From a virus (Duplodnaviria > Caudoviricetes): a stretch of 40,663 nt of DNA. Both the position numbers and the translations under genes were made by a program. The notes beneath the pieces were generated by a model that searched no databases, had not been told where the DNA came from, and saw nothing but the letters and a program-made list of their open reading frames with translations. The DNA lies in IMG/VR virus record IMGVR_UViG_3300006929_000037, positions 1-40,663 of that record; one strand, written 5' to 3'. Of this stretch, positions 17,001 to 26,200 are shown piece after piece (within the stretch, counting starts at the first letter, position 1; each line of letters opens with the position of its first letter).

Positions 17001-18119
17001 ATGTCAGGAATAGAAGAAACATTTGCAGCTGCAACAGGCTCAAAATTGGTTGAAGTAGAAAAAAGTGGTGGTAGTAAAGAGATGATTAATGTTGAAGAAC
17101 CACAACAAGAACAACCACAACAACAACAAGAAAGTGCTGCTCCAGCAGAGGTAACTCAAGAGGAGCAACAGAATACAGATCGTTCTTTAAATAGTGAACA
17201 AACCAAGGAAGAACCCTTAGTTCAGGATCAAGATTCATCAGAAGAATCAATGCTTAAAAAACTTAGCGAAAGGCTTGGTAAAAGTTTTAATTCATTTGAT
17301 GAACTTAAAAGTAATCTTGAAAAATCATCAACTAGTGTTAATTTTGCAAACGAGCAGTTAGCTAAGATTAATGAGTATGTGTCAAGCACAGGTAGAAGTA
17401 TTGATGATTATATGAAAACTCAAGCTACAGACTTTGAGAAGATGGATGAAAAAGCAATCGTAAAGGAATTTATGAAAGCTAATAATCCAAAGTTATCTTC
17501 AAAAGAAGTTGATTTATTGTTTGGGGATACATATAAAATAGATGACGACCTTGAGGAAGGAGAGATTTCTGTAGGTCATGTAAAGCTTAAACAAGCTGCC
17601 CAGGATGCTGTAAAATACTTTAATGAACAAAAAGAAAAGTATGCTACACCTACTGAACAGAATCAAACTCAATCTGATTCTCAACAAGTTGATATGGAAG
17701 AGTATAATAACCTCAGAACTAATTGGCTAGGAGAGATGAAAAATGAGGTCCAAGATATAGGAGCTATAGAATTTGAGGTTGGTAATGATACTTGGCAGTA
17801 TAATTTAAGTGATGATGATCGGAATCAAATCATAGAAACTAACTCTTCTTTGGGTGAAAAGTTTTTTACCGATAGATACATTAACGAATCTGGTAAATGG
17901 GATATGGAAAAATTAGCTATAGATATGCATGTTATAGATAACATGGATAAAATAATTAATAGTGCTGTATCTGCTTTTGCTAGTAAAAAAACAGAAAGTG
18001 TTGTTAAAGACATGAAAAATGTAAATATGGGTGCAAGACAGACCACATCACAAGATCAACCAAATACATTGGGAGATCAGATTTTAGAAGCTATGAGGGA
18101 TGAAATAAGTTCTAGATAG
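17001..18119 (+). CDS. Putative capsid scaffolding protein
   Basis: Acidic, E/Q-rich, helical; between portal and major capsid genes. Confidence 0.7.
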   Translation: MSGIEETFAAATGSKLVEVEKSGGSKEMINVEEPQQEQPQQQQESAAPAEVTQEEQQNTDRSLNSEQTKEEPLVQDQDSSEESMLKKLSERLGKSFNSFDELKSNLEKSSTSVNFANEQLAKINEYVSSTGRSIDDYMKTQATDFEKMDEKAIVKEFMKANNPKLSSKEVDLLFGDTYKIDDDLEEGEISVGHVKLKQAAQDAVKYFNEQKEKYATPTEQNQTQSDSQQVDMEEYNNLRTNWLGEMKNEVQDIGAIEFEVGNDTWQYNLSDDDRNQIIETNSSLGEKFFTDRYINESGKWDMEKLAIDMHVIDNMDKIINSAVSAFASKKTESVVKDMKNVNMGARQTTSQDQPNTLGDQILEAMRDEISSR

Positions 18120-18165
18120 CACTTTATTTGACAATTAATATTTATAAATTTAAAATTATACAAAA

Positions 18166-19683
18166 ATGGCAACAGTAAGTATACCTTCTTCAGGGACAAC
18201 TACAATGGCTACTGGTGGTTTAACATTAACACCTACTAGCACTGCTTTAGCTACGCAAAACAATTATGTTAGTGCGTTAACTACAGCTGCTCTTTCTTTA
18301 CATAAGAGAGATGTTCATGAAGAATTAGTAAAAAGATATGGTGATCAAGGAATCACTGGTCTTTTAGAAATGGTTGGTGCAAAAGCTGAGACTTCTCAGA
18401 CTAACTTTGAGCACTACGAAGAAGCATTTATTCACAACTCTGTAAGCGTAACATTAGCTTCAGGTACAGCAATAGATGCTGCAACAGCAGAAACATTAAA
18501 CTTAGTTGATGGTGATAATACAGATCAACTTAATGGTAATAATCACATTGATGGTGCTAACGAGGATATGCCTTTTAGACCTGGTGATGTATTATTAACT
18601 GATAAAAATGATCAGTTATATGTATTAAGTACAACACCTGGTTCAACAAGTGCAATCAAAGTTTTACCTTTAAATACAGCATCTGCTTTAACAGGTTATC
18701 CAACAGCAGGAACTGCTTTTAAAGTTTCTATTATAGGTAATATGTTTCCAGAAGCTACAGTTCAACCTTTATCTTTATTACCTCGTGTTCACACTTATAA
18801 AAATAGTGTAATGATTATGAAAGAATCATTTGAAGTTTCAGGTTCTGAAGCAACAAATGTTACTTATTTTAAAGTAGATAACGAGCATTTAGGTTCTGGT
18901 TATATGTGGTACCTAAAAGGTGAGCAAGATACTTATCGCAGATTCTTAGACTACGCTGAAATTATGATGGTAGTTGGAGATAAAGTAGCTAATACTAACC
19001 TTACAGGTTCTTCTAGTAATAACTTGTCAATACAGACAGCAGCTGGATCTCCTGATTCAAATACTGCTACATTAACAGGTTCTGAAGGACTTATTCCTTT
19101 TATATCTAACAATGGACAGTCAATGGATTTAGGTTCTGCTTCAATTACAATGGCTGACTTTGATGCGATTGTTAAGTCTTTAGATAAGTATAGAGGTTCT
19201 ATGGAAAATGCATTATATGCAGGAATTAATTTATCATTAGATATTGATGATTTATTAGCTTCTCAAACTGCTGTATCAGCAGGTGGTGCTAACTATGGTA
19301 CTTTTAACAATGATGTAAACTTAGCAGTTAATTTAGGTTTTAATTCATTTACTCGTGGTGGATATACATTCCATAAGAAAACTTATGATTTATTTAATCA
19401 TCCTAAGCTTCTTGGAATGGATAGTTTAAACTACCCTGGGTATGGTATTTGTATTCCTATGGACTCTCGTAGAGATGCTAGAAGTGGAGAGAAGATTCCT
19501 TCATTGAGAATCCGATATAAAGCTGTTCCTGGTTATTCTCGTGAAATGGAGCACTGGTTGACTGGTTCTGCTGTGTTGCAAAACAAAACAGAAACTTCTG
19601 ATGTGCTAAAGTCTCACTATAGAACTGAAAGAGGATTTGAAGGTTTCGCAGCTAATAGATTCTTGTTAATTAAGAAATCATAA
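18166..19683 (+). CDS. Major capsid protein
   Basis: Position; strongly biased codon use; GYMWYLKGE..T..RF.DY.E, G(S)EGL, NLGF.SF.RG.Y.F.K motifs of flavobacterial podovirus capsids. Confidence 0.88.
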   Translation: MATVSIPSSGTTTMATGGLTLTPTSTALATQNNYVSALTTAALSLHKRDVHEELVKRYGDQGITGLLEMVGAKAETSQTNFEHYEEAFIHNSVSVTLASGTAIDAATAETLNLVDGDNTDQLNGNNHIDGANEDMPFRPGDVLLTDKNDQLYVLSTTPGSTSAIKVLPLNTASALTGYPTAGTAFKVSIIGNMFPEATVQPLSLLPRVHTYKNSVMIMKESFEVSGSEATNVTYFKVDNEHLGSGYMWYLKGEQDTYRRFLDYAEIMMVVGDKVANTNLTGSSSNNLSIQTAAGSPDSNTATLTGSEGLIPFISNNGQSMDLGSASITMADFDAIVKSLDKYRGSMENALYAGINLSLDIDDLLASQTAVSAGGANYGTFNNDVNLAVNLGFNSFTRGGYTFHKKTYDLFNHPKLLGMDSLNYPGYGICIPMDSRRDARSGEKIPSLRIRYKAVPGYSREMEHWLTGSAVLQNKTETSDVLKSHYRTERGFEGFAANRFLLIKKS

Positions 19684-19708
19684 TTATTAACCTTTAAAAA
19701 ATAGAAAA

Positions 19709-20086
19709 ATGGAAAAATTCTTATATTTTGCAAATAGTGCAGGAGCTAATTCAGCTTTAGAGGCAGGTGTTTACCCAGTAAGTATGTTTAAATTTGCTGA
19801 ACCAGTAAGTGCTACTCTAATGAATATGTACTTTAAGCAACCAAAGTTAAATACGAATGATGATGCAGATGGTACTACTGGTACATTTGCTATCGTTGCT
19901 CTTACTATTGGCGATGGTGATTTTAAAGCTGTTATGACATCTATTATAGACGCAATAAATGAGCCAGTATCTAGAGATGGTGGTATTATTACTGTGTTTG
20001 ATGGTAACAATAGTATAGCTTTAAATGCTAAAATTACTGCTGTTGAGTTGGAGACTGCTGGTGCAAATGATGATGTTACTGACTAA
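19709..20086 (+). CDS. Putative capsid-associated (auxiliary/decoration) protein
   Basis: Directly after the capsid gene and before a terminator; MEKFLYF start. Confidence 0.55.
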   Translation: MEKFLYFANSAGANSALEAGVYPVSMFKFAEPVSATLMNMYFKQPKLNTNDDADGTTGTFAIVALTIGDGDFKAVMTSIIDAINEPVSRDGGIITVFDGNNSIALNAKITAVELETAGANDDVTD

Positions 20087-20138
20087 TCATAGCTAATTAC
20101 CAACTATCTTGAAATGATATATAGATAGTATAAACTTG

Positions 20139-20170
20139 AAAGGGGGTGGTTAACCCCATCCCCTTTTTTT
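20139..20170 (+). terminator. Rho-independent terminator
   Basis: Stem AAAGGGGGTGG/CCATCCCCTTT followed by a T run. Confidence 0.85.
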
Positions 20171-20199
20171 ATTTTTAATTTAATTTAATATTTAATAAA

Positions 20200-21090
20200 A
20201 TGACAACAAAAACAAAAACTCAAAAGGCTCAGGTTGAGCCTAAAGCACAAGCTGCACAAGCAGCCCCAGTTGCACAACCAAAAACAACTCCAAAAAAACC
20301 TTATAAGATTCCTAGTTTTGGTAGAAACAAAGTTGAAAAACCATCTGTTTATACTCTTTCTTTAAGGGGAGGGCAAGACAGAAATTTTCCTGTAACTTAT
20401 ATGATAAAAGCTGAGGATATTGTATATGATCCAGAAACAAATTTAGAAAGAACTATTAGATATATTCCTGGAGAAACATCTATATTTAAAGATGAGCAAA
20501 GTAAAGAAGCTAAACTAAAAGAGCCCATTATGTTTACAAATGGTTTATTAGTAGTTTCTAAGCAAGATCCAAACTTAAAAAAGTTTTTAGATATGCATAA
20601 TGGAAATGCTTCTAATCCAAATAGAAAAATGAACAGGGCTAACATATATAGAAAAGTAGATAACGAAGTAAATGCTAAGAAAAACATTGAAAAAGTTAGA
20701 TCAGAAGTTGATGCTTTGCAATTAGCACTAACTATGCCTATAGATAAGTTAGTTGGATATGCTAAAGTATTAGGTGTTAATATAAATAAAAGCACAGAGG
20801 AAATTAGATGGGATATGAAAGTGTTAGCACAAAAAGACCCAACAGCTTTTATAGATGGATTAAGTGACCCAAGAACAGAGGTTAGAGAGGTTATATTAAA
20901 AGCAGAGGAGTATAGCATATTAGATTTACAAAGGAATAAAGTATGTTGGATTGTAGGCACAGAAAGACCTATTATAACAGCAGTTCCTATTGGTGTAGAT
21001 GCTATTGATAAAATGGTAGACTTTTGTATGAGTGACGAAGGATCTCATATTATGGAGGAAATAAACAAGAGATTAGAAAAATTCGCATAG
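20200..21090 (+). CDS. Conserved phage protein of the head-tail region
   Basis: RTIRYIPGETSIFKDEQ, IMFTNGLLVV, LKKFLDMH pattern; A/P/Q-rich N-terminus. Confidence 0.75.
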   Translation: MTTKTKTQKAQVEPKAQAAQAAPVAQPKTTPKKPYKIPSFGRNKVEKPSVYTLSLRGGQDRNFPVTYMIKAEDIVYDPETNLERTIRYIPGETSIFKDEQSKEAKLKEPIMFTNGLLVVSKQDPNLKKFLDMHNGNASNPNRKMNRANIYRKVDNEVNAKKNIEKVRSEVDALQLALTMPIDKLVGYAKVLGVNINKSTEEIRWDMKVLAQKDPTAFIDGLSDPRTEVREVILKAEEYSILDLQRNKVCWIVGTERPIITAVPIGVDAIDKMVDFCMSDEGSHIMEEINKRLEKFA

Positions 21091-21111
21091 AAAAACCCTA
21101 ATTATTTTTTT

Positions 21112-21146
21112 AAGAACCCTTGGTTAAACCCAGGGGTTTTTTTATT
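21112..21146 (+). terminator. Rho-independent terminator
   Basis: Stem GAACCCTTGG/CCAGGGGTTT followed by a T run. Confidence 0.8.
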
Positions 21147-21151
21147 TTTCG

Positions 21152-21159
21152 TATATTTG
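21152..21159 (+). promoter_or_regulatory. Bacteroidota -7 promoter element TATATTTG restarting transcription of tail genes
   Basis: Consensus match right after the terminator. Confidence 0.7.
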
Positions 21160-21176
21160 TTATTAAATTACAAACA

Positions 21177-21884
21177 ATGACGATTGACGAAATATATAGG
21201 TTTGTGCAATTTATTTGCAATAAAGAGCAAAGAGGTTTTATAAAGCCATCAGAGTTTAATTTATTAGCAGATAGGGTGCAGTTAGAGGTGGTAAACAACA
21301 GGTATTCTGATATATCTAAATATACTACAAGCAAGGTTAAGTCAGGCATGGTTAAGTCTGGTCCTGGGATGCAGTATGCTACACATCAAAAAAATACAGA
21401 TGATTTAAGAACGCTTATAAATCATAATGTTACCTTAGAGTTTGATGGGACAAATGAAGTTTTTGATTATCCTACAGATTATTTACACTTAACTTCTTTG
21501 AGCTTTCAAGGCAATAATGTTAAAGTTGTAAATGAAGATAAGTTATATTCTATATTAGGTAGCAGCATAGTTGCACCTACAACTACAAGACCAGTAGCTG
21601 TTTTACTTAATGAAGGTATTAGAATATATACAGGACCACAACAAGATAGCATACTAACAGTAGGAGCTAGGTGTTCTTATATAAAAAGGCCTACTAGGCC
21701 AATATGGGGGTACCAAATGATTAACAACAATCCTGTTTATAATCCAAGTATTAGCACTCAGTTTGATTTACCAGATCAAACTCATAATGAGATAGCTATA
21801 AGAATACTTGAGTATGCTGGAGTTAATATTAAAGATGCTGATGTGGTTAGTGTTAGTGGACTTAAACAAAAACAAAGTATGTAA
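21177..21884 (+). CDS. Tail ring/adaptor protein (probable start MTIDEIY at 21177)
   Basis: NKEQRGFIKPSEFN, YIKRP..P.WGY, ILEYAGVNIKD motifs; the longer track start lies within the terminator. Confidence 0.75.
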   Translation: MTIDEIYRFVQFICNKEQRGFIKPSEFNLLADRVQLEVVNNRYSDISKYTTSKVKSGMVKSGPGMQYATHQKNTDDLRTLINHNVTLEFDGTNEVFDYPTDYLHLTSLSFQGNNVKVVNEDKLYSILGSSIVAPTTTRPVAVLLNEGIRIYTGPQQDSILTVGARCSYIKRPTRPIWGYQMINNNPVYNPSISTQFDLPDQTHNEIAIRILEYAGVNIKDADVVSVSGLKQKQSM

Positions 21885-22513
21885 TGGCAACAACTAAAGC
21901 AAGATTAGCAGAACAAATATTAAGGGTAGCCAAAGGTGGTTATATATCAGATGATGTAGATATAGACTCTAGAGAAGTTATTTTATTCATAGAACAGGAA
22001 AGAGATGCCTTTGTAAGAAAGACTATTTTTGAAAGTAAGTCAATAGGAGAGCATGAAATAAATGGAGACCTTTTAAGCACATATAAAGAGGAAATAAAAA
22101 ATGATGCTGTTAGAAATGAAAGTTATGTTGATGTTCCATATACTCCAGTATCTTTACCAAATGATGCTGGGTTTCAAAGTTTAGTTTTGCTTTCTGACCA
22201 AAGTATTTCTTTTGTTAGAAGAACTGCAACAGCTTCTAGTTTATATAGAGGCATGAAAGCAGATAACCTTTTAGGTAGAGCTGGTTTTTATGTTGAAGGG
22301 TCAAGAGCTTTTCTTAAAAACTTACCTAATGGTGTTACAACAGGAACTAATCTTTTATTAAAATTAGTTGTATCGTCTAAGGATATAGGAGATGATGAAC
22401 CATTTCCAATACCTGCTGAACAAGAACAAGCTGTAATAAAGAATGTATTACAGTTATTAAAAGTTATGGATGCTGTAGAGCAAGATAACGCTAACGACTC
22501 AAAAGATAATTAA
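21884..22513 (+). CDS. Tail ring/adaptor-like structural protein
   Basis: Coupled by TAATG; position; C-terminal FPIPAE motif. Confidence 0.65.
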   Translation: MATTKARLAEQILRVAKGGYISDDVDIDSREVILFIEQERDAFVRKTIFESKSIGEHEINGDLLSTYKEEIKNDAVRNESYVDVPYTPVSLPNDAGFQSLVLLSDQSISFVRRTATASSLYRGMKADNLLGRAGFYVEGSRAFLKNLPNGVTTGTNLLLKLVVSSKDIGDDEPFPIPAEQEQAVIKNVLQLLKVMDAVEQDNANDSKDN

Positions 22514-22515
22514 TT

Positions 22516-23247
22516 ATGAACACAAATGTAACGCTAGACGAAGTAATAAGAAGTTTAATTATTGAAACAGGTAAATCTTCAGAAAATGATTATCAAAGAT
22601 TTATACAGCTTGGAGTTCAAGGATTAAAAGAACTTAACTTTGATATACTTAAAAATATAAAAAGTGTTAAATTAAATGTGGATAGCAGTTTAAGTGTTTC
22701 TTTACCAGCAGATTATGTTGGGTATACTAAAATAGGAATACATAAAGATGATAATAGAGTTCATGTTTTAGGATTGGATAATAAAAGATACCTTGGGACA
22801 GATGCTGCCACAAGCATAGAATCAACTTCTGATGATTATTATATCTTTAGAAACTTTATGTTTAAAGGTGTGGAAGGAGAAATGTATGGTATTGGTGGAG
22901 GAAATAATGGTAATGGACTATATAAAGAAGATAGAAACAACAATAGAATACTATTTAAATCTCTTGCACAAGGGGACCAAATAGTTTTAGAATATATTAG
23001 TGATGGAATAACAGGACTTGATGGTGATGAGATAAAAGTTCATCCATATGCTGAGGAAGCACTAAGGTCTTATATATTTTGGAAAAGTGTTCAAAGAAAA
23101 AGAGGCATACCACAGTTTGAAAAAGAATCAGCTAGACGAGACTTCTACAATGAAAAAAGACTAGCTAGAGCAAGACTTAGTAAATTTACTATTGATGAAG
23201 CTTATCAAACATCAAGAAGAGGATTTAAGCAATCCCCTAAAATATAA
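22516..23247 (+). CDS. Tail tubular/ring protein
   Basis: G++ELNFD, LPADYVGYTKI, VLEYISDG, VHPYAEEALRSYI motifs. Confidence 0.72.
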   Translation: MNTNVTLDEVIRSLIIETGKSSENDYQRFIQLGVQGLKELNFDILKNIKSVKLNVDSSLSVSLPADYVGYTKIGIHKDDNRVHVLGLDNKRYLGTDAATSIESTSDDYYIFRNFMFKGVEGEMYGIGGGNNGNGLYKEDRNNNRILFKSLAQGDQIVLEYISDGITGLDGDEIKVHPYAEEALRSYIFWKSVQRKRGIPQFEKESARRDFYNEKRLARARLSKFTIDEAYQTSRRGFKQSPKI

Positions 23248-23250
23248 AAC

Positions 23251-26200
23251 ATGGAAGATAGTAAACTATTTATTGGGGGTCTTAATCAAGATAGTGATGA
23301 AAGGCTTGTAGATCAGGGTGATTACAGATATGCACTTAATGTTAGAAACATAACTAGTGATGGTAGTGATGTAGGTGTTTTACAAAATGTTAAGGGTAAC
23401 AAAAAAATAGATGTTGCTTTGCCTGGTGGGGTAAATCAAGTAATAGGTATTTGTGAGGATATATCAGAAAATAGTTTTTTTTATTTTGTATATAACTCAA
23501 ATAGCAATCATGCTATATATGAATATAACAGCGTAACAAATGAAGCTAGAAAAATATTACAAAACTCTGGACTTCGTTTTTCAAGGTCTCATTATATAGT
23601 ATCTGCTGATATAATTAAAACATCTTTATCAGACCCTGATGAAAACTCATTAGGCCCTAGACAAAGATTATTATACTTTACAGATAATTTAAATCCACCA
23701 AGAAAAATAAATATAGATAAATGTTTTAATCATCAAGAAGAAAATGATGGAGATAACTTTTCTGGTGGTTCTTTCCCACTAGATTCTTATGGGCAACCAT
23801 TAAACAATCTAGCTAATAATAATGCTTTAGATACAACTATTGATAGGTATATTGGAGCTGCTAAATATGCACCTAGGTTAGCTCCTACTGTTGCTTTTAG
23901 TAGTGATGAAAACAATCCTATTAATAATGTCAGAGACCACATGTTTCAGTTTAAATACAGATATGTTTACGATGATGGTGAAAGGTCTGCATTTTCATCA
24001 ATAAGTGATGTTGCTAAGTCCGATATAGTTGCTAGGAATAATTCTTTAGATGGCTCATATGTATCTCCAACAAAGGACAATCAAATAACAATTACTGTTG
24101 AGAATTGGATTGACACAGTTAAAGATATAGAAATAGTTGCTAGAGATGGTAGAGATGATACACCTAATTTTGTTTTAATAGCATCTATTCCAAATATTAA
24201 TACATGGTATACTGGTGCCACTTCCACTCCAAGCACACAAGATTATGTTTTTGATAATAATGGTAATTATCCAGGGGTTTCAGAAATGGATGATGTTAAA
24301 TTATTTGACAATCTACCATTAAAAGCTAAGACACAAAAAATAATAGATAAAAGAATGGTTTATGGCAACATAGAAGAAGGGTTTGATTTGCTACCTGTTA
24401 AATCAACAACTCCTACAACTTCTGATGCTAATTCAAATTATTTTTATGATGATTTACATGTTAGGATAAACCCTTTTTATAATGATAAAGAAGCAGCTTC
24501 TTATCAAAGAATATTTATAGGTGATTTTTCAAATGATTCACCAAACTCTACTTTTATACATCAAAACAACAATAGCTCTAGTCCTATATCAGAAGTTGCT
24601 GTAAAATGGGATATTACTTCGCCATGGGCTTTGTATACAAGTGATACATTTTTTCTTGTTTCTACAGAGTCTTATGCAAACTATTCTAAAACAGAGCTAA
24701 CAACTTTTATAGATTTTAAAGCTTTTGATGACATAGGTAATCCAATACAAACTTTAGCTCCTAATGATTTGGCTTACGAACCTGATGTTACAGATACATC
24801 AAAAGTAAAAGAAGGTTCATCGTTTTTTATAAATTTTGGATCAACAGAAAAAATAGATATAGATAGAAAGGTAGGAGTAAACAATACTGAACATACAAGA
24901 GAATTTAATATAAATGTAACAGTAGAAAGAACATATAATAGTGCTACAACTTTTTCAACTGTTTTAGATAACTTAACTTCTGATTTAAATGCTTATGTTT
25001 TAGATAACCCTGAGTGCTCTATGGTGGCTACAGCTCAGTCATCAAACAACAGGATAAAAATAGTTTGGTCCATAAAACATTTTGAAAGTTTTGAATATAA
25101 TATTTTGGGAAGAAATGAAAATAGAGATTCAGATGATGTTTTACTAACATCTGATGGCCTTCACGATAAACAAAATGCTTCTGCTTCTTCTGGTATAGCT
25201 CCTGGTAAAGGGTCTTTTAAATCAGGTGCTTCTCACGAGTTTGGAATAGTTTATTATGATCAAGTTGGTAGAAGCTCTTTTGTAAATAAATCTAAAGACT
25301 GTGAGATTTTAACTCAATTTTATTCAGAAAGAATAGGTTTGTCTGTGGGTCAAAATAATAATGAATTAGGAGATATTGATATGTATTGGTCTATATTGCA
25401 TCAACCACCTGAATGGGCAACTCATTATCAATGGGTTTATTCTAAAAATACAAGTATAGATGAATTTCTTCAATTTATAATTAGTAAAAGATTTTGTGAT
25501 AGACATGGAAATATATATTTAGGTTTAAGGTCCTACTCAGGTACTGGTGATAATGCTACAAACACTTATAAGGAAGGTGAAGGAGCAGTATTAGATTTTG
25601 TTCCAACAAAAGGAGATAGGGTTAGGTTTATAGGTAGAATTAACGAAAAAAGGACAAGTGGAGTAATAGATGCAAATACAGTTCATGATCTAGTAAATGA
25701 TTTTGAATTTACTGATGAATTAATTGATATTGAGGTTGTTGATTTTTTAACAGACCCAACTATTGACTTTCCTGAAAAGCCAAGTAGTTCTTTTAATGCA
25801 GATGCAGAAAACAATGCTTTTTATTCCCCAGCCCCAAGTGTAAACGACAAAACAGGTTCTTTAGTTGATTTTTATATAAAAATAAAAGAACCAGGTATAT
25901 CTGGATACAATAGAGATGATTTAAACCCATCTGGAACAGCTCCAGCTGGTAGTTCAATAATGCATTTTAGTAATGATAAGTATCTAAACTCTTTAATTGA
26001 AGTTTATAGGCCTAAAAAAACAGCTAATAAAACAAGAACTTATTTTGAAATAGGAACTAAAAAAGAGATAGGCGATGCTGGAACAGGAACAAGATATCAT
26101 AAGGGAGATTCTGGATACAGAGATCAAAATACAGACACTGATACTGCCAATACTATGGGAATGGTTTTAAAGGTAGATGGAAGGTTAGCTTTTGAGGTGG

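Noticed and set aside
17095-17135. CAA-rich tandem repeat
   Set aside because: Encodes the Q/E-rich disordered scaffold N-terminus; not an array or regulatory repeat
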